Positions 37,911 through 50,200 of a stretch of DNA of 64,000 bases are shown here, one piece after another. The translations under genes and the position numbers were made by a program. Below the pieces are notes generated by a model. It ran no database searches. It worked only from the letters and a program-made list of their open reading frames with translations, and was not told the origin of the DNA. The DNA lies in NCBI RefSeq assembly GCF_003918875.1, contig NW_025765514.1, positions 682,001-746,000 of the forward strand, in the 5' to 3' direction. Source of the stretch: Haliotis rubra. Its lineage: Eukaryota. Position 1 is the stretch's first letter. The number at the start of each line of letters is the position of its first letter.

Positions 37911-39268
37911 TACTGCTACTACAACTGCCTCTGCCACCTCTTCTACTACTACTGCTACTGTTGCTGCTGCTACTGCTACTATTGTTGCTGCTGCAATTTC
38001 TATCAATTTCCCCGTGAATCATCCCTATTAGCAAAGCCCGAGAAAGCCTCTCAACTCTCCGCTCAGGAGGCCGGGTTGCGAACAACAGCAGTACAAGGCC
38101 TTCAGTAGGAGATTTACAGCCCACTTGCTGTCACTGTCACACTGATATATATGGAGCCTGTAGATGTGATCACGCAACAGAAACAGTGTGTCATTCTCGA
38201 TGTAAGACATTAAAGTACGTCTGCATTTTTTTACACATACATACATATGATCAAACAATATTTATGTGTTACATTCTTTCTAGTTAGGATTAATAACAAG
38301 ACAAGATTTCATTTCAGGTCTTGAACGAATGTGCTGAAGCCAGAAAACGTATGAACTGCGTTTGTTGTTTTACGCCGCACTCAGACATATTCTAGCTATA
38401 ATGACGTCGGCCTGTACATAATCGACTGAACCTGGCAATCCAGTGATTGATATCATGAGCAGAGTCCCATATGTACGAAGACAAGCAACTCAAACCTCAA
38501 ACCCGATCTGTTTGCTTGCCTGTTGCCAAAAGCAGGATAGGTAATCTGTCTGTCCTCATCCGGACTCTCCTTGGTGATAGTGTCCAGAGTGAGTTACGTA
38601 ATGGGATCGTGTGTAAGCCTAAAGTGAAACGTTTACATACCTATGGCGACATTGAAGGGCAGAGCAGTCTACCAGCCATCTCGCGCAGCTAAAAGAAATC
38701 TTAGATAAGTCTCAACAGAGTTACTTCCCTTGATTCATTATTTCGTTTCAGGTTTTATAACTTGTCTGCTTCTTGCTGTTGGTATTACATCCGACGAATA
38801 TTGGCGGGGTTTATTACTGCTTTTCAAGGATACACATTACACGATTTCTTACAAAAACATAGATACGTATCAAACCATTTACGTCATGTTTTATATTGGT
38901 GATTTGTGAGTACAACTCATTCGGCGCAGGCAATAATTATTCAAAAGTGCACGAACAAAACAAAGTCTCAGACAGGTGAAATACATATGCTCGTATTGAC
39001 ACACGTTCAGAACGTAATAGTTTTACTTTGTATGTCCCAACACGTACACATATACCTATCCACACAAATACGAAAACCAACAAAAACCAAAACAAAACAC
39101 ACACCCTCCTCTCTCCCTCCAAAATAAATAAATAAGTAAAACAGATATAAATAAAAAGTAAAGCCAACAACAAGCAAAAAATAATAATAATAAAAATAAA
39201 AACAAAACACAACAATTTACAACATAAGCCCTACCCATTCTATTATCAGCCACCAGTTCATCCATGAA

Positions 39269-39426
39269 ACTGACTGACTGACTGAGTTTGGTTTTACGCC
39301 GCTTTTAGCAATATTCCAGCAACATCACGGAAATGGGCTTCACACATTGTACCCATGTGAGGATTCGAACTCGGGTCTTCGGCGTGACGAGCCAACGCTT
39401 TAACCACTAGGCTACCCCACCGCCCC
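39269..39426 (-). mobile_element. SINE family A, young (TCAG)n-tailed subfamily
   Basis: TSD tccatgaaact on both sides. Confidence 0.95.
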
Positions 39427-40184
39427 TCCATGAAACTAATCACGATGACCATATACATGTATAGCGCAGAGATAATTACGTCTCAATCTTCCAGGGCCCA
39501 CGACGATTTGTCCATATGGCAGCAAACACTATACTGTTTTCTGACAAAAGAATAACCGAGATGCTGTGAAATTTAGGATGTGACGTTACTCAAGAAATAG
39601 ACATCCCAATGGGCACCAGTGGTGCTAGGGTTGGTACTATCAAAACAAGGTTAAGAGGCCAAAAGGTTTAGATTAATCTTCAGGGCACAATTTTGATCTG
39701 ATATCGATCAGTGATGGTCACAGAGGTCATTCTCTTCCTCTGATGTCCCCACCCGAACTAGAAATAGAAGTCCAATAAAACAGCAGCATCTGTCACGGTA
39801 GTGACGACACACTCTCCCCTAGACTATATGACAAGATGGATGACTTCAACTTTCCAATAGTAAACTTTCCTGATGAAAATGATTTGATCAGGTTTACAGC
39901 ATTCAAGACCTTAGAAATGATGCCAAAACGTCAAATGGTAGATAGTGGAAGACATTTCTGTGTTTCACGCATCAGTGACCAAAAAGAAAGTTGAAGATTT
40001 ATAAGAACACACCGAAACGTTGTTCCTCAGATTATATACATAAGCTGACATCCCAAACTTTCCACCTTTTATGTGTAGCACTTCTAAATGCCATTCAAAG
40101 TCTAAAAGTCTAAAAGTCTATAATTTCCGAAGTTTGCATGTACTGTATTTTAACGTGTTTACCCAGGTGAATACTTCACTTGCA

Positions 40185-40325
40185 CCCGTGAAGGTCCGGG
40201 TTAGAATTGATCTTCAGCAACCCATGCTTGTTGTAAAAGGCGACTAACGGGATCGAGTGGTCAGGCTCGTTGGCTTGGAGACACATGCCATCGTATCCCA
40301 TTTGCGTAGATCGATTTGCACGCAT
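40185..40325 (+). mobile_element. SINE family B, 5' half
   Basis: cccgtgaaggtccgggttagaattgatcttcagcaacccatgc... Confidence 0.85.
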
Positions 40326-40732
40326 GACTTCAGATGGTGCCCAGATACACTTACCGTTGCTCTTGTTGTCCATTCAAACAATCTTTCTGGTATCGTACCA
40401 TATACTGATATACAGGTCTGTTATATTTATATATATTTACCGCACCTAAATTTACGCTTCCCCTTTTCACTGACTGAGTTTAGTTTTAAGCCGCTTTTAG
40501 CAATATTTCCCCTTTTCAAATAAGTGCACCAAATATGACATAAATATATATTCACTCGCTAAAGTGGTAAAAATAATAGAATTAATCATTTTTTTTAAAA
40601 AGCTCATTATTTAAAATCGATCATCTAACCGACATAATGGTGCCAATCAAACAACAGTTATCAAGAATTTGTTCATGCCCATTGGCGATACATTACATGA
40701 CTCTCCAAACGAGTGGAGATGATATAGGCCTG

Positions 40733-40902
40733 GAGTGAGTGAGGGAGTGAGTGAGTGAGTATGGTTTACCCGGTTTTAGCAATATTCAAGCAATATCACG
40801 ACAGGGGACACCAGAAATGGGCTTCACACATTGTACCCATGTGGGGAATCGAACCCGGGTATTCAGCGTGACAAGCGGACGCTTCAACCACCCCACCGCC
40901 CC
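40733..40902 (-). mobile_element. SINE family A
   Basis: Reverse complement of the consensus with (GAGT)n tail. Confidence 0.9.
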
Positions 40903-40946
40903 TATATGGGGTTTGAAGACACGTTCACGATTATTGCAATTATATA

Positions 40947-42585
40947 CTCAGTGCCATTATTGAGGGGTCATGCAGCTATAAGATAACATAATGTAAAATA
41001 AAGTATGCTGTGACAAGATTATAGTTTAAGATAGTTTATTAACTGAGGGAAGTGTTCAGTGCTAAGTTGTGAGAAAAGGATCACGACTGTATCTATACGG
41101 ACATCAAACAAAGGGATACCCCCAAAACGGAAAGTCATAACAATAGAGTCCATGACCAAACAGTACATTGTGTAGCCGCCTCTCTGGTCCTGGACAGAGT
41201 TAGACCGAGACCTCATGCTTCTGATAATAAACAATCTTCTTTTCTTCTTCTTCTGATCAAGTTTATGAGGAATGCCTGTGGAACAGCCTCCTGTTCTTGC
41301 ACAAGAGCTCTCCGAAGACACTGTAGATCTTGTGGAGCAGGGTGACGTCTGTAAACACGTCTGCCAAGTTCATCCTATGCATGCTCGATTGGATTGAGGT
41401 CTGGTGAACATGCCGACCAGTCCATCCGTTCCACACCCTGTTGCTGAAGATAATCAGTGACTATCCTGGCTCTGTGAGGTCTGGCATTATCGTCCTGTAG
41501 AAGAGGATCCCGACCATAAAATCCATGCATAGCTTGCTAAAAGGGAATAGCAAAGGGGATCAAGATTTCATCTCGATACCGCTGACCAGTCAAATTTTCA
41601 TCAATAATGTGAAGCTGGGTTCTTCCTGTAGCCATGATACCGGCCCAAACCATGACTGACCCGCCACCAAACCTATTGTGTGTGACAACTGTAGCATTAG
41701 TGAACCGTTCACCTCTTCTGCGGAATATTCTCCGAAGACCATCATTAAAATACAAATTAAACCGGCTTTCATCTGTAAAGAGCATGGTCGACCATTGACG
41801 TTGATTCCAACGTCCGTGACGTCTGCTCAAGGCTAAACGTGCATGTCTGTGACGTTGCACAAGTGGTGGACGGACTGCTGGTCGCCTTGAACGGAGCCCA
41901 CTGGCACTTAATCAGCGTCGAATAGTGTTCCTGATTATCCTGACAACATGAACATTGTAATGTTCAGTCTGAAGGTCACCGGCGGTCAAGAATCGGTTAC
42001 GTAAAGTGACGTTAACCAAGTTCCTGTTTTGCCTTGCAGTGGTAACTCTAGGTCGACCTGGTCTTCTCGCATATTCCATCGATTCCGTGGCTTGAAACCT
42101 TTGCCACAGTCTCCAAATGACACTCTGACTCACATTGAAGTGATTTGCAGCTTGTCGTTGACTGTGACCAGCTTGCATGAGACCAATTGCTTGACCCCTC
42201 TCCGCTACTGCAGGAAACGTCTCATTTCGTATCAGAAACCATGATGTCAGGACGAGACTACAGTTGACATTTATAGCCTAAATCTGTGCATGGGAAGTCG
42301 CACTTTCTCATGCAATACAAGACAAAATGCTGCCTTTCCACCACGATGCAGACATTAACAGTGTTCACGGAAACAAAACTATTCTCAACATGATCATAAT
42401 TTTGAAACACTGTATATCTTTAACTTCTCAATCATTGAGACATGTGCGTAGCCTAATGTGTTCTATGGTGCCTTTTGTCAACAGGGTTTTAAACAGTATT
42501 GACTTCTCATTACTGATATATTCATAATATTGAACTGATTCCTATCAATGCAAAAGACACATGACCCTTCAATAATGGCACTGAG
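40947..42585 (-). mobile_element. Full-length Tc1-family DNA transposon (about 1.64 kb), inactivated
   Basis: 26-bp TIRs CTCAGTGCCATTATTGA(G/A)GGGTCATG with one mismatch, flanked by TA. Confidence 0.95.
41163..42225 (-). pseudogene. Tc1 DD34E transposase pseudogene
   Basis: HTH plus GRPRVTT, TDESRF, QDDNARPHR...SPDLNPIE with 34 residues between D and E, C-terminal GGYTMY; frameshift near the start and internal stops (about 41912, 41537, 41376). Confidence 0.92.
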
Positions 42586-42755
42586 TATATAAAGACGTGT
42601 GTGTGTGTGGACTATATGACTACAGTGTTAGCCTAGCGAGACACCACGCTGCAGTTTTACTTTAATACTTCACTCAGAACGGCCCAGTCGTGTTTTATCC
42701 TGTTAATTCCCATATGGCGCGGTAGGGATCGAGCCAACGATCTTCTACAGCATAG

Positions 42756-42920
42756 AGGGGCGGTGGGGTAGCCGACTGGTTAAAGCGTTCGCTCGTCACG
42801 CTGGTGACCCGGCTTCGATTCCCCACATAGGTGCAATGTGTGAAGTCCATTTCTGGTGTCCCCTGCCGTGATATTGCTGTAATATTGCTAAAACGGCGTT
42901 AATAATACTCACTCACTCAC
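42756..42920 (+). mobile_element. SINE family A
   Basis: Full head and (TCAC)n tail. Confidence 0.9.
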
Positions 42921-43123
42921 CGTACAGCCTGGGCATCACGTGGATCACATAGAAACCATTATTGGGTTTAAATAGACAACTATCTTTGAGACATTACATG
43001 GCTTTAATAGATGTCAATCAAAGAGGCATTACGTTGTGTCATAGACACGTTTGTAAAAGTGACCAACAGAGAACGAACAAGTAGATTAATATCAACTAAT
43101 GGATGTCGATCAACAGGTAAATA

Positions 43124-43279
43124 CTCATGGAAACAAATAAGGGAACACATGAAAGTACAAGTGTTCCTTTTTTCCTTTCCAGGTTTCTTCACAAGCTTTG
43201 TTTTGCACTGTGGTGAAATTCTTGAAAAGAATAAAGGAACACTTGCACTTTCATGTGTTCCCTTATTCGTTTCAATGAG
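43124..43279. mobile_element. Palindromic Tc1/mariner-like MITE
   Basis: About 47-bp TIRs ctcat(g/t)gaaac(a/g)aataagggaacacatgaaagt(a/g)caagtgttccttt, flanks TA/CA. Confidence 0.7.
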
Positions 43280-43776
43280 CATGTATTAAAATATGTTCAA
43301 CGATACATGTGGCCGTCCTTACCGGATGCGTGTCATCGATTTCATAGATAGATTCTGAAGAAAGTCACTGAGAATAATTGGTTGCTGTAACTGAGAAAAT
43401 ACTCAAAACAAAATTAAGTTTTAAACGAATGTCATAAAGAAATTGTTGTATGATATTCTATGTAATTGTATTCTTCTTCTGAAAGCTTAAAATGACGTTA
43501 AATGATCGTTTAAGCAACTGCTTTAGACTAGCACGCAATCCATGATATTATTCTACATGATGTGCAGAGTAGTAAAGCGAGGAGGATGTCAGCTCCAAAT
43601 TATATCAACTGTACAGTCAAACAAAACATGGCGTCTGTGTAAAACCATCCAACCAGAATTAAACGTAAACTGTATGAAACAGAACCTTTCACCTGACTGT
43701 GAATAAATGTGTAATAAATGCATTCCATCATATGTTTGATTGTCGGGTCCAAAAGCGTGACTGTATATTTGTTTGG

Positions 43777-44871
43777 TCACGTCTCCTGCCTCCTCAACAC
43801 AGTCAGTAAACGTGACCTGAACTTCTCAAAACACAGTCCATATACAAGCGGCTTGACGAACGCGCCACAGTGGGACAACCACACGAGGGAGGTAATCACA
43901 CCAGCCGGCAGAGGGCTGAACCGGGAGTACGTCCACACATAACTGCTGATGACGTAAGGTATCCACGTGCCTACGTAAGCACAAGAAGTGATGACGTAAA
44001 CCTTCAGTAGCATGTAATCCTCTTTAGCCAGTGAATACTCCTTCTTCTTGAACCTAGATTTAGTATCACTCGGCTGAACGTCGTCCTCAGTGTCCGACTT
44101 CACGACGTAGCCATCTTTAGTGTAGTCGTACGTCTTCTCCAACTTGGGCTTCTTGTTTTTCATTCCTGCGTTCTGAAACTTGTCAGTGTATCGCTTCATC
44201 CTCTCTGAGTACGAGTCTCCTTTGGCGCTCTTGTTGGTCTCCAACACCAGGGCTCCTTTTGGTTGGACACGACTCCGCATGTGGATGACCTTTATAAAAC
44301 ATGCCGTGTAAGTCGCGACCATGACAACAAGAGGAACTCCATATGACAGTATAAACATGAAGTTCAGGTGCGAGGTGCTGAGCTGGTGCTCCGGGATGCA
44401 CTGATACTGGGCTTGGTAGTATCTCACCTGCGCCCAATGAATGGCCGTGAAGACGCAGACGACACCATCAAAGAACCACACGCCGCATATAAGAAGAATC
44501 AGGAAGAACCCGATGCATATGTCTTCATGTTTAGACGGTTTGAAGAACTTCAGAAACCTCTCCAGGGCCAGGATTGTGAGTGTGTGAAGGTTGATGACGT
44601 TGCAGAAGGTGGAGAAGTACGCGTGGACGTTACAGACGACGTCTGGTAGGATCCATGCATCGCCGACGACGGCCGTGACGGACAAGGATGTCCACATACA
44701 TATTCCGATGATATCCACCACAACTAGGTTAATCCAGAAATAGTACTTGGGATCTCGGAGTTTCTGGGTTTTAACCCACACAACTATGACTATTATGTTG
44801 ACAACTAGCGACACCACAGCAATGAGAACCAAAGTGACACCGAGCCAAACCCGGGAAGCTATGTCTGCCAT
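43777..44871 (-). CDS. Orphan rhodopsin-like (class A) GPCR, 364 aa from the first ATG, single coding exon
   Basis: Seven hydrophobic segments; TM1 N, TM2 NLVVVD, ECL1 W and TM3 C, ERF (for DRY), TM6 TWIPY, TM7 KPLVY, helix 8 FR; the track's start at 44931 is TTG and overlaps a likely splice acceptor (ctgattgtttcctag), so an upstream exon is possible. Confidence 0.92.
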   Translation of the reverse strand: MADIASRVWLGVTLVLIAVVSLVVNIIVIVVWVKTQKLRDPKYYFWINLVVVDIIGICMWTSLSVTAVVGDAWILPDVVCNVHAYFSTFCNVINLHTLTILALERFLKFFKPSKHEDICIGFFLILLICGVWFFDGVVCVFTAIHWAQVRYYQAQYQCIPEHQLSTSHLNFMFILSYGVPLVVMVATYTACFIKVIHMRSRVQPKGALVLETNKSAKGDSYSERMKRYTDKFQNAGMKNKKPKLEKTYDYTKDGYVVKSDTEDDVQPSDTKSRFKKKEYSLAKEDYMLLKVYVITSCAYVGTWIPYVISSYVWTYSRFSPLPAGVITSLVWLSHCGAFVKPLVYGLCFEKFRSRLLTVLRRQET

Positions 44872-45455
44872 AGTCTCACCCAAACATCTACCTCGTCCCC
44901 TGGGCAAGAGAGACTCTAGGCTAGGAAACAATCAGAAGCCTTTATTGCTCCTCAGCTGTATGGGTAAACGGAGTGCGAGATTCGTGGTTAATTGCCTTGA
45001 AAACACGGCTACAATGACACCCTATTCAACCAGAGAACAGACAATGGCGACCCATGCGTGTACATGTGTAGCACAATTGAATGTAGAACCGTCCTGGCCA
45101 ATGATTGACTTTCGTTGTCTAGATCTAGAGGCTTTGAGCTGCTGTCCATATTTCACCCTTGACAACAACATAAACACTTCACCAGATTCTTTTCCCTCTC
45201 ATTGAAAGTATAGCATGATGTCGTGACTTGATAATCTATTGGTATTCAGAGTACGACCGCTAGTTAATACAGCCACATGCCTTGTATAGATAGTATCGTA
45301 TACACTCTATCTACATACCTTCAGGTGACCCTCTGCACGACAGACACGCTAAATCCTTTAACTCGGTTGTATATATTAGTAATACACAAAATTTGCTGCA
45401 AAAGAACTGTTTTCATTCTGATGCTCTGTAGCTGTTAAGTAGAGGCTGAAGGATC

Positions 45456-45617
45456 AGTGAGTGAGTATGATTGTACGCCGCTTTTACCAATATTCCAGCA
45501 ATATCACGGTGGGGGACAACAGAAATGGGCTTCACATATTGCACCCATGTGGTGAATCGAACCAGGATGTTCAGCGTGACGGGCGAACGCTTAACCAGTG
45601 GTCTACCCCACCGCCCC
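45456..45617 (-). mobile_element. SINE family A
   Basis: Flanked by CTGAAGGAT direct repeats. Confidence 0.9.
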
Positions 45618-45628
45618 CACTGAAGGAT

Positions 45629-45925
45629 GAGTGAGTGAGTTTATTTTACGCTCAGCAATATTCCAGCTATATGGCGGCGGTCTGTAAATAATCGAGTCTG
45701 GACCAGACAATCCAGTGATCAACAGCATGAGCATCGATCTACGCAGTTGGGAACCGATGACATGTGTCAACCAAGTCAGCGAGCCTGACCACCCGATCCC
45801 GTTAGTCGCCTCTTACGACAAGCATAGTCGCCTTTTGTGGCAAGCATGGGTTGCTGAAGACCTATTCTACCCCGTATCTTCACGGGTCGGTTGCTGAAGA
45901 TCTATTCTACCCGGATCTTCACGGG
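45629..45925 (-). mobile_element. SINE family B with duplicated 5' head segments
   Basis: TSD cactgaaggatga; first about 39 nt duplicated (copies end at 45886 and 45925). Confidence 0.92.
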
Positions 45926-45940
45926 TCACTGAAGGATGAA

Positions 45941-46047
45941 GAGCGGTGAGGTAGCCTAGTGGTTAAAGTGTTCGCTCGTCAAATAGACCCGGGTTTGATT
46001 CCCCACATTGGTACAATGGTTGATATTGTTGAAATAATGTTAAGAGC
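45941..46047 (+). mobile_element. SINE family A, internally deleted
   Basis: gcggtgaggtagcctagtggttaaagtgttcgctcgtca...actcact. Confidence 0.75.
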
Positions 46048-46537
46048 GAAGTAAACCCTTACTCACTAAGAAGCAGATAGTACACAACGACAGTACCCAA
46101 GTGGTGGCCCTTTCCTCTCCGCCAGGTCACCTTGTGTTTTTCCATTGCCCTGACTGTTTTCATTCTGTAGGACGTAAGAAGTACATTGAATGAGTGTGTG
46201 AGATTTTACGAGCGTCGGAATTGGTGAAAACGTATCATTATGACATACACACACAAACACATTTAGTTAACGTACTTTCCCACACTGGTTTTCAGTTTCT
46301 TTTTCTGAAGCCACGGTCAGCCTGCTTCAGCCATATCACGGCGGCCAGTAAACTATCGAGTCTGGCAAACTGGTGACCGAAAGCATGAGCACCTATCCAT
46401 GTCCTAGGTCACAATGAACGCACTCACATCGTACAGTAAACCGATCGATATACAAGTAGGCTCTCCCGCAGGTGCGTGGTCAAATATACACCTCAGCCAG
46501 TAGGAAACAGAGAGGAATATATGTTATACCTAGAAAC

Positions 46538-46789
46538 GAGTGAGTGAGTGAGTGAGTTTAGTTTTACGCCGCACTCAGCAATATTCCAGCTATATGGTGG
46601 CGGTCTGTAAATAATCGAGTCTGGACCAGACAATCCAGTGATCAACAGTATGAGCATCGATCTACACAATTGGGAACCGATGACATGTGTCAACCAAGTC
46701 AGCGAGCCTGACCACCCGATCCCGTTAGTCGTCTCTTACGACAAGCATGGGTTACTGAAGATCAATATTCTAACCCGGACCTTCACGGG
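46538..46789 (-). mobile_element. SINE family B, full length
   Basis: TSD tacctagaaacga (46527-46539, 46790-46802). Confidence 0.95.
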
Positions 46790-46800
46790 TACCTAGAAAC

Positions 46801-46966
46801 GACTGACTGAGTTTAGTTTTACGCCGCTTTTAGCAATATTCCAGCAATATCACGGCGGGGGACACCAGAAATGGGCTTAACACATTGTGCCCATGTGGGG
46901 AATCGAACCCGGGTCTTCGGCGTGACGAGCCAACGCTTTAACCACTAGGCTACCCCACCGCCCCCC
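46801..46966 (-). mobile_element. SINE family A, full length, young
   Basis: TSD cctagaaacga (46792-46802, 46967-46977). Confidence 0.95.
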
Positions 46967-47231
46967 CCTAGAAACGAAGCTATGACTGATGAACTATATA
47001 TAATCATATGAAAAACTCGTGTCTTTTCAGTAGCACATATATTCAGTGAGCCTGCGAATAACTAGAGGTTTGTCATACATCCTTGTTCATTTCCTTCCTG
47101 TGTTTTAACCTTAGATAGGGCATCCATCGTGCTTCATGAATGATACAAAAGGCGAACAACAGACAATTAATTCTTATGGTGAAATATTTTCAAGTAACGA
47201 TAAAATGAGCTTCTCCAAGTTAAGTCTGTGT

Positions 47232-50200
47232 CAGGGGCGTAGCTACCATTTTGAAAAGAAAGCCGGGGCTTAAACATGATTGTTGTTAACAGGTTAAGCA
47301 AGCCCTAAATGATATCTAAACATAAAGCCTTGCAGCCTATCGGGAATACACATGATTGTTGTTAACAAGTTGAGCAAGCCCTCAAATGATATCTAAACAT
47401 AAAGCCTTGCAGCCTATCGGGAATACACATGACTGTTGTTAACAAGTTGAGCAAGCCCTCAATGCTATCTAAACATAAAGCCTTGCAGCCTATCGGGAAT
47501 ACACATGACTGTTGTTAACAAGTTGAGCAAGCCCTCAATGATATCTAAACATAAAGCCTTGCAGCCTATCGGGAATACACATGACTGTTGTTAACAAGTT
47601 GAGCAAGCCCTCAATGCTATCTAAACATAAAGCCTTGCAGCCTATCGGGAATACACATGACTGTTGTTAACAAGTTGAGCAAGCCCTCAATGATATCTAA
47701 ACATAAAGCTTTGCAGCCTATCGGGAATACACATGACTGTTGTTAACAAGTTGAGCAAGCCCTCAATGATATCTAGACATAAAGCCTTGCAGCCTATCGG
47801 GAATACACATGACTGTTGTTAACAAGTTGAGCAAGCCCTCAATGATATCTAAACATAAAGCTTTGCAGCCTATCGGGAATACACATGATTGTTGTTAACA
47901 AGTTGAGGAAGCCCTCAATGATATCTAAACATAAAGCCTTGCAGCCTATCGGGAATACACATGACTGTTGTTAACAAGTTGAGCAAGCCCTCAATGATAT
48001 CTAAACATAAAGCTTTGCAGCCTATCGGGAATACACATGACTGTTGTTAACAAGTTGAGCAAGCCCTCAATGATATCTAAACATAAAGCCTTGCAGCCTA
48101 TCGGGAATACACATGACTGTTGTTAACAAGTTGAGCAAGCCCTCAATGATATCTAAACATAAAGCCTTGCAGCCTAGCGGGAATACACATGACTGTTGTT
48201 AACAAGTTGAGCAAGCCCTCAATGATATCTAAACATCAAGCTTTGCAGCCTATCGGGAATACACATGACTGTTGTAAACAAGTTGAGCAAGCCCTCAATG
48301 ATATCTAAACATAAAGCCTTGCAGCCTATCGGGAATACACATGATTGTTGTTAACAAGTTGAGCAAGCCCTCAATGATATCTAAACATAAAGCTTTGCAG
48401 CCTATCGGGAATACACATGACTGTTGTTAACAAGTTGAGCAAGCCCTCAATGATATCTAAACACAAAGCTTTGCAGCCTATCGGGAATACACATGATTGT
48501 TGTTAACAAGTTGAGCAAGCCCTCAATGATATCTAAACATAAAGCCTTGCAGCCTATCGGGAATACACATGACTGTTGTTAACAAGTTGAGCAAGCCCTC
48601 AATGATATCTAAACATAAAGCTTTGCAGCCTATCGGGAATACACATGACTGTTGTTAACAAGTTGAGCAAGCCCTCAATGATATCTAAACATAAAGCTTT
48701 GCAGCCTATCGGGAATACACATGACTGTTGTAAACAAGTTGAGCAAGCCCTCAATGATATCTAAACATAAAGCCTTGCAGCCTATCGGGAATACACGTGA
48801 TTGTTGTTAACAAGTTGAGCAAGCCCTCAATGATATCTAAACATAAAGCCTTGCAGCCTATCGGGAATACACATGATTGTTGTTAACAAGTTGAGCAAGC
48901 CCTCAATGATATCTAAACATAAAGCTTTGCAGCCTATCGGGAATACACATGACTGTTGTAAACAAGTTGAGCAAGCCCTCAATGATATCTAAACATAAAG
49001 CCTTGCAGCCTATCGGGAATACACGTGATTGTTGTTAACAAGTTGAGCAAGCCCTCAATGATATCTAAACATAAAGCCTTGCAGCCTATCGGGAATACAC
49101 ATGATTGTTGTTAACAAGTTGAGCAAGCCCTCAATGATATCTAAACATAAAGCCTTGCAGCCTATCGGGAATACACATGATTGATGTTAACAAGTTGAGC
49201 AAGCCCTCAATGATATCTAAACATAAAGCCTTGCAGCCTATCGGGAATACACATGACTGTTGTTAACAAGTTGAGCAAGCCCTCAATGATATCTAAACAT
49301 AAAGCCTTGCAGCCTATCGGGAATACACATGATTGTTGTTACTAGTTGAGCAAGTCCTCAATGATATCTAAACATAAAGCCTTGCAGCCTATCGGGAATA
49401 CACATGATTGTTGTTAACTAGTTGAGCAAGCCCTCAATGATATCTAAACATAAAGCCTTGCAGCCTATCGGGAATACACATGATTGTTGTTACTAGTTGA
49501 GCAAGCCCTCAATGATATCTAAACATAAAGCTTTGCAGCCTATCGGGAATACACATGATTGATGTTAACAAGTTGAGCAAGCCCTCAATGATATCTAAAC
49601 ATAAAGCCTTGCAGCCTATCGGGAATACACATGATTGTTGTTACTAGTTGAGCAAGCCCTCAGTGATATCTAAACATAAAGCCTTGCAGCCTATCGGGAA
49701 TACACATGATTGTTGTTACTAGTTGAGCAAGCCCTCAGTGATATCTAAACATAAAGCCTTGCAGCCTATCGGGAATACACATGATTGTTGTTACAAGTTG
49801 AGCAAGCCCTCGATGATATCTAAACATAAAGCTTTGCAGCCTATCGGGAATACACATGATTGTTGTTACTAGTTGAGCAAGCCCTCAATGATATCTAAAC
49901 ATAAAGCTTTGCAGCCTATCGGGAATACACATGATTGTTGTTACTAGATGAGCAAGCCCTCAGTGATATCTAAACATAAAGCCTTGCAGCCTATCGGGAA
50001 TACACATGATTTTTGTTACAAGTTGAGCAAGCCCTCAATGCTATCTAAACATAAAGCCTTGCAGCCTATCGGGAATACACATGATTGTTGTTAACTAGTT
50101 GAGCAAGCCCTCAATGATATCTAAACATAAAGCTTTGCAGCCTATCGGGAATACACATGATTGTTGTTAACTAGTTGAGCAAGCCCTCAATGATATCTAA

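Noticed and set aside
43777-44871. Calling the GPCR an opsin
   Set aside because: The position equivalent to K296 is His, so the Schiff-base lysine is missing.
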